Shown here in pieces: positions 13,674-27,800 of a stretch of 64,000 nucleotides of DNA. The DNA comes from Eledone cirrhosa. Lineage: Eukaryota. The first letter of the stretch is position 1; each line of letters starts with the position of its first letter. Location of the stretch: assembly GCA_964016885.1 (NCBI GenBank), contig OZ024742.1:62682001-62746000 (forward strand), given 5' to 3'. The notes beneath the pieces were generated by a model, which was not told the DNA's origin, made no database searches, and saw only the letters and a list, made by a program, of their open reading frames with translations. Position numbers and translations under genes: made by a program.

Positions 13674-13742
13674 AACCAAATAAATATATATATTTTTTAA
13701 AAAAATAAGACTTCAGTTGCATTTTCGATTTCATCCCTTTTT

Positions 13743-13794
<52 letters not shown>

Positions 13795-13798
<4 letters not shown>

Positions 13799-13970
13799 AG
13801 AATCAGGACCCCGACAGCTAGATCCAAATCATCCGGATCTAGCTGACGAAATGGCTGGAGCTCAGCCGTCGGAGTCCTGACTCTTTTCATATTACCCACT
13901 CTACTACCCTAAGTATTGAATACCTGGTGCATTATGGTCCACCTGGTATCTTACCACACCCTCTTTGCTA
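13795..13970. repeat. Short repeat (family also at 32088-32283 and 34830-35238) with a fold-back and the 3' half of an HHR
   Basis: cagctagatcc..ggatctagctg hairpin, then GAAA-TGGC..GCCG-TC-GGAGTCC; shared downstream sequence ccactctactaccctaagtattga. Confidence 0.7.
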
Positions 13971-14218
13971 TATATATATGTGTGTGTGTGTGTGTGAGTG
14001 TGTGTGTGTGCGCGTGTGTGTGTGTGTATTAGTGTATTTGATTCAGCGAATTACTGATGGTGGTACCAAAACAAGCACTCAATGCCTAGGTAAAATGTAT
14101 ATATTAAGAAAAATTAGGAAGTTTTGTTTACATCTACTTTTTTCTTGTGTATCGACCTGTTATGCACATTTTGCAGAGGATTGGCTCAGAGTCGCCAGCC
14201 AGAAGAGCAGATCAATAA

Positions 14219-15589
14219 CACTGGTCAACAAAATTTTGCTTTTGTTCTGCTGACCTAAATTTGAAACCTGTTCTTGAGTAATTTGTAGCTACTGAGTTTT
14301 AAAAGGACAATACTTTTTTCTATCATGTGGCAGGATTGTTAAAAGTGATGGGTGCTCTACAGTATGAAACTCTGTATACATAGTTCAAAGAAGAATCTAA
14401 AGTGTGTATTACATGGAAACTTGTTATGTGCAATTCCTATTGGTCACTCTGTGCACACAAAAGAGAAGCATGAAAGTATACAAAACTGTATTAGGTTTAC
14501 TCAAGTATGATGAACACAAATGGGACATATGTGTGGATCTGAAAATGGTAAACTTTTTACTTGGCCAACAAGCAGGGTATACAAAATATCTGTGTTTCCT
14601 GTGTTTATGAGATAGCTGAGTGAAAAACAGAAGCACTGGTTAGTTAGATAAAGTTTTGACTATTGGGGAGAATAATATCATACACCAACCACTTGTTGAG
14701 TGAGAGGAAATCATCCTCTCACCCCTGCATATTAAACTAGGACTGATGAAGCAGTTTATCAAAGCTTTTAACGTGGAGGGTGACTGTTTCAAATTCATAT
14801 GTATAACATTTTCTAGCCTAAGTTATGATGAAATACAGGCTGGTGTTTTTGACGGGACACAAATCAGAAAGTTAATGAAATGCCAAAACTTCTCGAGCTC
14901 GATGACTGACGTAGAAAAAAGAACATGGAATTCATTGGTGTCTGTTGTGAAAGGATTTTGGGGTAGTAAAAAGGCTGCAAATTACATGGATTCGGTGAAG
15001 ACATTGCTTGATAGCTTTCATCTTTTAGGCTGCAACTTGAGCATAAAGATTCATTTCCTCAAGAGCCATCTCCATGAAACTTCCTGCTAATCTTGCAGAG
15101 GTGAGTGATGAGCATGGAGAGTGCTTCCATCAAGGTTATGGAGGAGAGATATCAAGGTAGATGGAACACACACATGATGGCAGACTACTGTTGGAGTATT
15201 CAAAGAGACTGTGTAGACATGAAACACTCCAGGCGCTCTCGTAAGCGAACATTTGTTCCATGAATATGTCGGTTAGTGTACAATTGTTTGTGTTTTATCC
15301 ATTTTATTTTAGAATTAACAAGATGTATTTAATAAAAAGTTATGTTATTTTATATTTCATCTATCATATCAGATTCTATTGACATTATAACTTATGGTTT
15401 CAAGCTATAAAATTTAGTAATCCATCCTAAATTATAATATTCATACTGTACATAGTAAAATAGGGATGTGCTGTAGAATGAAAACCTGATATGTCAAGAA
15501 AGAATGGATGCCATATTTTAAATCAGCACCTCAAAATTAGCTAAAAACAGCAACAAAACCTAAGTCAGCAAAATGTGTATTGACCAGTG
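14219..15589 (+). mobile_element. Chapaev3-like (CMC) DNA transposon, internally deleted
   Basis: TIRs CACTGGTCAACAAAATTTTGC / GCAAAATGTGTATTGACCAGTG, 3-bp TAA TSD, and transposase motifs DLKMVNFLLGQQAGYTKY.CFLC, PLHIKLGLMKQF.KA, KIHFL.SHL, SDEHGE.FHQ, MMADYCW with stops. Confidence 0.85.
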
Positions 15590-16046
15590 TAATAGTCAGG
15601 TCCAATTCTCTGTGAAACGTGTGTGACAGTTTGATACACAATGAAAAACTAAATACACGTAAAAGAAACTTCATTGTTTTCACAATTATTCACTCAATGA
15701 GATATAGGTGTGCATGTATGTATATATATATACATACTACTGTACGTCTGTATACATATATGTATGTACGTGCAATACTTATATTTAAGTAACAACCGTA
15801 TTAAGAGTGGGAAATGAAATTTACTTTAAATATAAGTATGTATACGTTCATACATATATGTATACAGACGTACAGTAGTATGTATATATATATACATACA
15901 TGCACACACATATATATATATATGTACGTATGGATTCACCGAACATTTATTATAATGCTCGGTGTGTTTGTGAACAAAACATCCCGAATTAAGCCGTACA
16001 GTGTCTAGCAACCATCATTGCTCATTTGTTCAACACTGACAAAGGA

Positions 16047-16089
16047 ACGCTGTACTAGTTTCAAGCTTATTAGCTATCGTCAGCAACGT
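16047..16089 (-). ncRNA. Minimal type-I hammerhead ribozyme
   Basis: ACGTTG-CTGACGA-T AGCT AATA AGCT T-GAAA-CTAG-TA-CAGCGT. Confidence 0.8.
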
Positions 16090-16520
16090 ATACCTTCCTG
16101 TCAGATGATTTAACGTCTGAAAGTATATACTTTCCTTATGCATATTAACGGCTGAGCAGCCTAATTTGCATATCGAGTGAGTTAATCGGCCGGGCGCGCC
16201 GAAAACGATAAACAGAAAAAATGAAACGAAATTTCGTTTCTCACACTTAGTACGGCTGTTACTTAAATATAAATATGTATACGTACATACATATATGTAT
16301 ACGTACATACATATATGTATACGTACATACATATATGTATACAGACGTACAGTAGTATGTATATATATATATACATATATGTACACATATATATATATGT
16401 ACGTATGGATTCACCGAACATTTATTATAATGCTCGATGTGTTTGTAAACAAACATTCCGAATTAAACCATACAGTGTCTAGCAACCATCGTTGCTCATT
16501 TGTTCAACACTGACAAAGGA

Positions 16521-16563
16521 ACGCTGTACTAGTTTCAAGCTTATTAGCTATCGTCAGCAACGT
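16521..16563 (-). ncRNA. Minimal type-I hammerhead ribozyme (second unit)
   Basis: Identical to 16047-16089. Confidence 0.8.
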
Positions 16564-16889
16564 TTACCTTCCTGCCAGATAATTGAACGTCTGAAAGTAT
16601 ATACTTTTCTTATGCATATTAACGGCTGAGCAGCCTAATTTGCATATCGAGTGAGTTAATCAGCCGGGCGCGCCGATAACGATAAACGGAAAAAATGAAA
16701 CGAAATTTCATTGCTCACTCTTAGTACGGCTGTTACTTAAATATAAATATGTATACGTACATATATATATGTATACAGACGTACAGTAGTATGTATATAT
16801 ATATATACATACATGCACACATATATATATGTACGTATGGGTTTACCGAACATTTATTATAATGCTCGGTTTGTTTGTAAACAAACAGC

Positions 16890-17392
16890 CCTATAAAGCT
16901 GACAGAGCTCTGTTTGGCACTTGTTGGTGCTTATCAAAGCTAACTACTCCTCCTGTTTGCTGAAAATCATGAATGTTTGATTCTTATAGAATTCTAGTAA
17001 TAATCAGGAACTGATTATACAGAGCGGTTGCCGGTCAAGCAGAAATTGAAAATTAGAATTGGTGCTCTGAAATAGCGATATATATATATGAATGTATATA
17101 TAGTGTATTTTGCAATACACTGTATGCTTAATTAAAAGCATTTCGAAGACCTTATGCTATTGTTTTAGAGTAGTGAAAGTCTCACTTACTTTAATTTTCA
17201 GCAAACAGTGGAGATAAAACTGACAGAGCTCTGTTTCGCATTTGTTGGTGCTTATCAAAGCTAACTAATCCTCCTCTTTGCTGAAAATCATGAATGTTTG
17301 ATTCTTATAGAATTCTTATAGAATTGCAAAATACACTATATATACATTCATATATATATCGCTATTTCAGAGCACCAATTCTAATTTTCAAA
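16890..17392. repeat. Composite short repeat: direct repeat 16890-16997/17215-17316 and inverted repeat 17050-17116/17323-17392
   Basis: Manual alignment; abuts a long (TA)n tract. Confidence 0.7.
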
Positions 17393-19450
<2,058 letters not shown>

Positions 19451-19504
19451 GATTTAAAACTTCACTATTCACGAGTGTTTTTTAAGCTTCATATCATGTC
19501 TCCC

Positions 19505-19575
19505 TATTTTATCTGATGAGAACGCAGATATCATCCCATGATGATATTTGTTTTTGAAATGCGCATAATAAAATA
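19505..19575 (+). ncRNA. Type-I hammerhead ribozyme
   Basis: TATTTTAT-CTGATGA-(GCAGATATCAT/ATGATATTTGT stem II)-GAAA-TGCGCA-TA-ATAAAATA; 8-bp stem I. Confidence 0.85.
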
Positions 19576-19704
19576 CTTGGAACTCTTTTAACCATCTTTT
19601 GATCTTATATTATATATATATATATATATATGCAAGCCCAATGCTCTAACCACTAACCCATGCGTCTTCATATATTTATATATATATATATATGTGTATA
19701 TATG

Positions 19705-19795
<91 letters not shown>

Positions 19796-19801
<6 letters not shown>

Positions 19802-22451
19802 TAAAATAACAGATTAAAGTTTAAGCAAAGAATCGTTGCTTTCTCCCTTAACGGGATCTTCTGAAACTAACAAAGTCAATCTGTAAAAGCAGAACTGGAT
19901 ATTTCAAAAAACGTTGCAACCGGAGGAAGACAGGAAGACGATACTTTGGTTCGTGGAAACGTTCGCTGGCTAAGAACGGGGAAAAACGAATATAATACGT
20001 CATTAATAGGAGAGGTGAAAAACAATTACGCGCAAAGACAGAACCACGTTTATGGTATAAAAGAGGTCGTAGACTAATGTTCTCTTAGGTGGTGCATAGA
20101 GATGTTCTCTGGCGATGAACGAAAAAAACGAAGATAATACGTCATATGTGGAGCGTGGAGAACAATAGCACGCAAAGACAAAACCACGTGAGTATGGGCG
20201 CCAGTGATTCTGCGGAGGTTACTGATCTCTATCAACGACGAATTCCCCAACGCGGGCGGTGGTTTGTACCGTGATGATGGTCTTTTGACCATGACTAAGT
20301 GCGGACCTCGTGCTTGCGACAGGTTCAGAAAAGAACTCACAGCCTTCTTTAAAGGCTTCAACCTCTCTATACAGGTTGAGGCCAATCTCTCGGTCGTTAA
20401 TTACCTCGACGTTACCCTCAACTTATTGAATGGGTTGTATTACCCGTATAGAAAGCCGAATGATACGCTTAATTACATAAGTAAGCATTCCAACCATCCT
20501 GCCAACATAACCAAGAACCTGGTAAGAAACGTTTCGTTGAGGCTTTCCCGTCTTTCCAGCAACGATCGTATTTTCAACGACCATTCCACTTATTACAATG
20601 AAGCTCTTGCTCGAAGTGGATTTGTCGATAAGGTAGCATATACAGAGTACGAAAATAGACCTAGAAGAAATAGATCCCGTCGCATTTGTTGGTATAACCC
20701 ACCATATAATATGGAGGTGGCAACACCATTAACTAAGATCTTTCTTTCCCTTATTACGAAGCATTTTCCCCCTACACATAAAATAGTAAAATTTTTAATA
20801 GAAATACTATTAAAATTTCTTACTCTACGATTCCTAACCTAGCATATAACATCACAGCTTCAAATTTAGCTAAACTACCTAGCCGTAGGAACACGTGCAA
20901 CCCTGTAGTTAGTACTAACTGTAATTGTAGGAATCGGGTTGATTGCCCCCTATCCAGGAAATGCCTCTCTAGTAACATTGTCTACAAATGTAAGGTTGTA
21001 ACACCCACGTCCCGTATGGCCTACATAGGGTTAACCGCCAATAGATTCAAGCAGTGTCTTTACATGCATACCCATTCTTTTCGTTACCCTCTAAGAAGGA
21101 ATATGGCGTCACTTTCAGCTTATATCTGGAGTCTAAAAGACAACCACACCCAATATAAGTTACACTGGGAGATCCTAGCTAGGGCTAGATCGTATAACGG
21201 AAATAAAAGACCATGTGACCTCTGCGTCGCTGAGACCCTGGAAATACTCTACGCCACAGACCACATCTTAAACAAAAAATCTGAGGCGATTTCGGCTTGT
21301 AAACATAAATTGCACAAAACTTTCCTGTATTACAGCCCCACGTTATACCCTAACGGATAGTACGATCTATACGTGGATATCTTACGTCTCGATGTGGTAG
21401 CTAAGTATATGTTTTGTTTATACCTTTACTTATTTGCATAGGTAAGTATATATTATCCGTATGTTTTGTGAAGGTACGTATACCTTCTCGTACGTTATTT
21501 GATTGTTATGGCGTATAATTGTTTTATATATTCTGGTACATATGGTTCGGCTATGTGTATACGGGAATTTTGAGTCTGTGTGAGTATGCAGGTTCGTACG
21601 TATGTAGGGTGTGTGTATATGTGTACTTCATGTTTTGGTTGACTTACGTCTCCGAACATTCGTGTATTTACATGTAGGTATGTATGTGCGCTTGTTATAT
21701 ACGTATTTATTTATTTATATACGTTTATATAATTATTTATTTATTTGTATACACGCTTATACACACACACACATATTTATATGTGCGTGGTTTTGTTTAC
21801 CTGTGGTAAGTTTTTGCGTATGCTTGTGTATGTACGTTTTTGTTTGCGTGTATGTATTTATTTATTTCTATTACTTCTGTATTGTATTTATTTACTTTGT
21901 TCTTAACTCCGTAGCGGAGAATCATTCGGTCTCCTAGTTTGAATTTAGTCTACGACTTCTGCTATACCATTTACGTGGTTTTGTCTTTGCGTGCTATTGT
22001 TCTCTACGCTCCACATATGACGTATTATCTTCGTTTTTTTCGTTCATCGCCAGAGAACGTCTCTATGCACCACCTAAGAGAACATTAGTCTACGACCTCT
22101 TTTATACCATAAATGTGGTTCTGTCTTTGCGCGTAATTGTTTTTCACCGCTCCTATTAATGACGTATTATATTCGTTTTTTCCCGTTCTTAGCCAGCGAA
22201 CGTTTCCACGAACCAAAGTATCGTCTTCCTGTCTTCCTCCGGTTGCATCGTTTTTTGAAATATCCAGTTCTGCGTTTACAGATTGACTTTGTTAGTTTCA
22301 GAAGATCCCGTTAAGGGTGAAAGCAGCGATTCTCTGCTTAAACTTTAATCTGTTATTTTAATAAATATTTGCTCTACGGTTCTTATATATTTGATATATA
22401 TTTATCCTTATCGCGCCCTCTTTGGATTTTAGTCTTCAAATTTATTATTAT

Positions 22452-22455
<4 letters not shown>
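19796..22455 (+). mobile_element. 5'-truncated Naiad-like PLE with inverted 5' pseudo-LTR (19796-20190 vs ~21970-22370), flanked by (TA)n
   Basis: GLYRDDGL, VNYLDVTLNL, YRKPND..YI..HSNHP, WYNPPY, CNCRNRVDCPLSRKCL, YIGLT..FK, CDLC..E, LNKKSE....CKH. Confidence 0.9.
22294..22344 (+). ncRNA. HHR-like motif with CAGAAGA core in the pseudo-LTR (inverted copy at 19818-19868)
   Basis: AGTTT-CAGAAGA-TCCC GTTAA GGG(T/A)-GAAA-GCAG..CTGC-TT-AAACT; the other copy has compensatory GCAA..TTGC. Confidence 0.6.
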
Positions 22456-22510
<55 letters not shown>

Positions 22511-22540
22511 AAAGAATAGAGGTGTAACACACGAGTTATG

Positions 22541-22936
22541 ATATATTGGTAAAAGGAAAAGAAAATGCTGACAAATTGTTCCCAGTGAAAAATAGTTTAA
22601 TTAGGAATAAGTAAAAATTAGTAATAAGTATTGGTTAGTATTCAGTTTTGGTTTTAAGTTTTTACCGGTTGCGCATTTCTAATGCTTTTCAAAAATACTT
22701 TTGAGATAGAGCGCCCGTGATGTTTGCTCTAATCTATATTAGGATTAGAGCAAACATCACGGGCGCTCTATCTCAAAATTATTTTTGAAAAGCATTAGAA
22801 ATATGCAACCGGTAAAAACTTAAAACCAAAACTGAATACTAACCAATACTTATTACTAATTTTTACTTATTCCTAATTAAACTATTTTTCACTGGGAACA
22901 ATTTGTCGGCATTTTCTTTTCCTTTTACCAATATAT
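22541..22936. repeat. Near-perfect fold-back (~194-bp arms, 8-nt loop) with a U3:A8 HHR-like motif in each arm
   Basis: Apex at 22735-22742; AAGTATTT-TTGAAAA-GCATT AGA AATGC-GCAA-CCGG-TA-AAAACTT; single-arm copy at ~39349-39538. Confidence 0.9.
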
Positions 22937-23310
22937 ATATATATATATATGTATTTAATAACGGTCTGTCCCTGGTTTGGCACTTGAACTAAAAGCCTGA
23001 TGAGAAAGAGACTTCCTTGTTCAATCATCTTAACATTATTTGTCTAAGCAGACAGTACCTGATGTAGGAGTTGCAGAAACCCAAATGCTGGATTTAACCA
23101 ACCTTCCAGGGGTCCGGGTATAATTTTCAATCATATTTTATTTGTTTGACCCGAATTACTTGGTCATTTCTATGGCTGTGCGGTTAATGGTTTAACCATC
23201 GTCTCAGTCTGTTTGGCCTTTTAACTTATGTTGTAGCTCTAGCTCACTAGCTTCTATGGAGCGCTTGCCACACATCTCGGTAGTTGTTTTTCGCTAATTT
23301 CCAATAGCCG

Positions 23311-23975
<665 letters not shown>

Positions 23976-23994
23976 TATATATATATATATATTT

Positions 23995-24886
23995 AATAGA
24001 TTAGAATTTAGCTTCGAACATAGCTGTATACAAATATGTATTTGAATTTCATATTTCTAAAGAAATATGGTATGTTTATAAATAAACATTTAGAAAGCCG
24101 TAGCTATGCAAAAACACTGGCAGCTAATGCCACCCAGCGGTGTCCAGCAGAAGCAAGAGGGACAATCGTCGATGCATTTCGAACTGAACTGGTTCTCGTC
24201 GGGACGATCTCTCCAACTCATGCAGCTGCTAGACTTTGAAAACAGGCGAAAATATATAGATGTTTCGTCTGCGTAAATGAGGTGATTAATCTCATTTGCA
24301 TATGAAGCTGTATAAATTGGCTCAACTTAATATAGAATAGAATTAGAATTTAGCTTGGAACATAGCTGTCTACACATATGTATTTGAATTTCCTATTTCT
24401 AAAAAAATACTGTATGTTTATGAATAAACATTTGTTCCCCTTGCTTCTGCTGGATACTGCTGGGTGGCGTTAGTTACCAGTGTTTGTGCATAGCTACGGC
24501 TTTCTAAATGTTTATTTATAAACATACCGTATTTCTTTAGACACACGAAATTCAAATACATATTTGTATACAGTTATGTTCGAAGCTAAATTCTAATTCT
24601 AGTCTGCTATAAATTGAGCCAACTTATACAGCTTCATATGCAAATGAGATTAATCACCATATGTACATATACAAAAATATATATTTTTTCGCCTTGTTTT
24701 CAAAGTCCATCAGTAGCAAGAGCGGGAAAGATCGTCCTGCTGAGAACTATTTCAGTTCGAAATGCATCGACGATTGTCCCCCTTGCTGGACACCGCTGGA
24801 TGGCATTAACTGCCAGTATTTTTGCATAGCTACGGCTTTCTAAATGTTAATTTATAAACATACCATATTTCTTTAGAAATACGAAA

Positions 24887-24890
<4 letters not shown>
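23995..24890. repeat. ORF-less ~340-bp monomer in tandem and inverted arrangement, with HHRs at 24165-24208 (-) and 24731-24774 (+)
   Basis: ATCGTC-(CCGACGA/CTGCTGA)-GAAC..GTTC-GAAA-TGCA-TC-GACGAT; the consensus of the two copies is CUGANGA. Confidence 0.8.
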
Positions 24891-24920
<30 letters not shown>

Positions 24921-24925
<5 letters not shown>

Positions 24926-25115
24926 AAAATGAGATTTTTTTAAAAGATGTCCCACACGGGTGAAAATATAAGGAAAAGAAATTGAAAATGCAACTGAAGT
25001 CTTTTAAAAATATTTATTTATTTACTTTACCGGTCTAACAGTTGTGATTTTCAAAAGTGAAATTGAGATGGAGGGTTTATGTTTCTGTTGTGGTTTGTCT
25101 CGCGGGTAAGAGAAA
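24921..25115 (-). repeat. Decayed copy of the 13545-13745 U3:A8 HHR family
   Basis: Reverse complement ccctccatctcaatttcactt-TTGAAAA...CCGG-TA-AAGT, plus shared gacttcagttgcattttc. Confidence 0.65.
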
Positions 25116-25957
25116 ATATAACCAAAATACTTGAAAAAGAGTTTATTTGTTTACAATTGTTTCGAAGGATAATATCACAATTAAATCCATTAACATAGAT
25201 ACTATCAATATTTCAATAGATCCACGTGTTATTAAGAGCAAATCATGACACGAACCTTTTCTTCGGAACGTACAAAAAAAATTCAAAAAATATGTCACTT
25301 AGGGACGAATCAAAACAAACGGGGAAAACATACCAGTAATTTTATCGGAAAAAAAGCCCAGAAAGGTCCCAACATATTTTCTGGTGACAAAGATGCCCTC
25401 TGCCATTGTCTTTTGTTTCCTATATTTACCAACAAAACGTATCGACTGTACGCCCACATTTTGTATGCTTGTTGTTCGTGTTGTTATGGTGAAGCATAAC
25501 ATGATGAATTGTTATTCTTATTATTTTTGTTGGTATTGGTCATAATTACATGGTTATTTGACACAATGATCAGTAGTTTATCCCACAAATTATTCATGCT
25601 CATTGCTTATAAACTATGTTTTATTGATAAACTAAAGCAATTGTCTTCGGATCTTCAACCATTGTTAAGATGTTTATGGACAAGAATATTTATTAGCTGG
25701 ATGAAAAACATTAAATATTCATTTGCTTCAACGTGTCAGAACATGTTTTAATAGTTGAATTCTCATCGATATCAGAGAATTTCATCTCCGTTTTCTGTTA
25801 AGATGAGCATAATGAAAAACTGAGAAATACCAGAGCTTATTTCTATCAGACATTTCCTCAGAAGAGTAACTATCACCAGAATATTTTGAATTGTTCCAAT
25901 TTTAAATTGTATCGAGTGTCGACGCAAAATAAAAATTTGAGAAATGTAGTTCATCTT

Positions 25958-26034
<77 letters not shown>

Positions 26035-26037
<3 letters not shown>

Positions 26038-27760
26038 GGTTTGAGGTTCACCACTGTATAGAGCTGGTCTATTCCGTATGGTCAATCGTAATGCAATAAT
26101 ATAGAGAGTACTCAACGTAAGGCAGTTCAACCGTCTTTGTTTTTGTAGTTGGTGGTGCTATTACGGAGTTAAATATTATAATGAAATGACAGGAGGCTGG
26201 ATTTGTGTAAATCCTTGAAAGGTTTATTATACTATGATCATTTCAATGACCGGGTTCCGTATGAATCCGGTGACATCATCAGGTATTCGAAATATAATAC
26301 GGGAATGTAATAGATAAAATCCATGGGGCTGGAGTGCTTGGAAAAATAAATTTCCCCTTCTTTCGGTAAATGAAAATACTCGGCGTGGCTTAATTCGCCA
26401 TGGGGCCCGGGGCGCGGCCGGTGTTTTAACCGCCACATAGTACCTTTAAATTACAGAACAAATCGGAACTATTAGATATATCAACCTGAAAGTGTTAAAC
26501 TGTTGAACTTTAAATTTTCTAACCTCTTTAATATTGAATATTGATTATTAATTTTTTAATTTCATCCTATAAGTCTAAACATTGTAACACACTGACCCCC
26601 AATATATTCACCTCTGCTAAGATGCGGGTCCCTGTGAAAATTTTCTCGCGCCAACTCCTGGCCCGACTGTGGTGTGACATTAATATCGACCTTCCTTCCT
26701 CTCTCTTTCTATCTTCCTTCTTGTAGCCATCAACCATTACTCTTCTACTTCTCTAAGCAAAATTTTAAAGTTCCAACTTTCTGTCGGACTGTTGGGTGGG
26801 TTTTAATGGCGGCGCGACCAGCTTCCTGGCGCACGAGCTCACCTGTAGTGCTTGGAAAAATAAATTTCCCCTTCTTTCGGTAAATGAAAATACTCGGCGT
26901 AGCCTAATTCGCCATGGGGCCCGGGGCGCGGCCGGTGTTTTAACCGCCACATAGTACCTTTAAATTAGAGAACAAATCGGAACTATTATATAATAAAAGT
27001 TAAACGGTTGAACTTTAAATTTTCTAACCTCTTTAATATTGAATATTGATTATTAATTTTTTTAACTTCATCCTAGAAGTCTAAACACTGTAACACACTG
27101 ACTCCCAATATATTCACCTCTGCTAAGATGCGGGTCCCTGTGAAATTTTTCTCGCGCCACTCCTGGCCTGACTGTGGTCTGACATTAATATCGACCTTTC
27201 TTCCTCTTTCTTTCTATCTTCCTTCTTGTAGCCATCAACCCTTACTTTTCTACCTCTCTCTTCTCTTCCTTCTCTTCTCCCCTCTTCCTGTCTTCCTCCC
27301 GCAGACTTATCTTCCTTCCCCCTCCTGCTTGCCTATATCTGACCGGTAGTAGTTGCCTTTCTTCTTTTAGCTGACATTAACACTGGCTTCTCTTCTTCTT
27401 TCTTCCCCCTTCTTCTCTCTCCTTCCTTTCTGTCTTTCTTTTACCTTGTGTCTTGAGATTGACGTTAACTTATGTTCCCATCCCTTTCTGGTTTCGTTCA
27501 TCTGACCGGTAGTAGCATACTATAAACTTTAGCCACGTCACTCCAGGGCGACCGGCTGAGGTTGAAGGAACAGAATAGCGGTCGCCCTCCGGTCCTCGAT
27601 TTTCAGCCCCATGGATTTTATCTATTACATACACGTATTATATTTCGAATACCTGATGATGTCACCGGATTCATACGGAACGCGGTCATTGAAATGATCA
27701 TAGTATAATAAACCTTTCAAGGATTTACACAAATCCAACCTCCTGTCATTTCATTATTAT
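26035..27760. mobile_element. ORF-less PLE-type element: inverted repeats (26178-26332/27605-27758) each with an HHR (26229-26286 -, 27649-27706 +), plus an internal ~430-bp direct duplication
   Basis: ATAC-CTGATGA-(CCGG..CCGG stem II)-GAAA-TGATCA-TA-GTAT; 26333-26755 repeats at ~26846-27258; flanked by (TA)n. Confidence 0.75.
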
Positions 27761-27792
<32 letters not shown>

Positions 27793-27800
27793 ATATATAT

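Larger units (their letters stand above)
15708..16890 (-). repeat. Tandem array (~2.3 units, 431-474 bp period) of an HHR-bearing ORF-less repeat, with an inverted fragment at 15708-15822
   Basis: Direct repeats with identical HHRs at 16047-16089 and 16521-16563; same family at 35728-36449. Confidence 0.85.

Noticed and set aside
15708-16890. CRISPR-like array
   Set aside because: The units are full-length tandem duplicates with no unique spacers, in a eukaryotic context with no cas genes.
17130-17198. Decayed hammerhead (TCGAAGA...GAAAGTCTCACTT)
   Set aside because: The core is mismatched and stem II does not pair convincingly.
20915-21320. Selenocysteine recoding (in-frame TGA at conserved Cys), as reported for many Naiad PLEs
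   Set aside because: The conserved Cys codons I checked here and in 36486-36945 are TGT/TGC (one is TAC); the stops seen are ordinary decay.
22991-23035. Hammerhead at CTGATGAG (22997)
   Set aside because: No GAAA box or stem I partner at a suitable distance.
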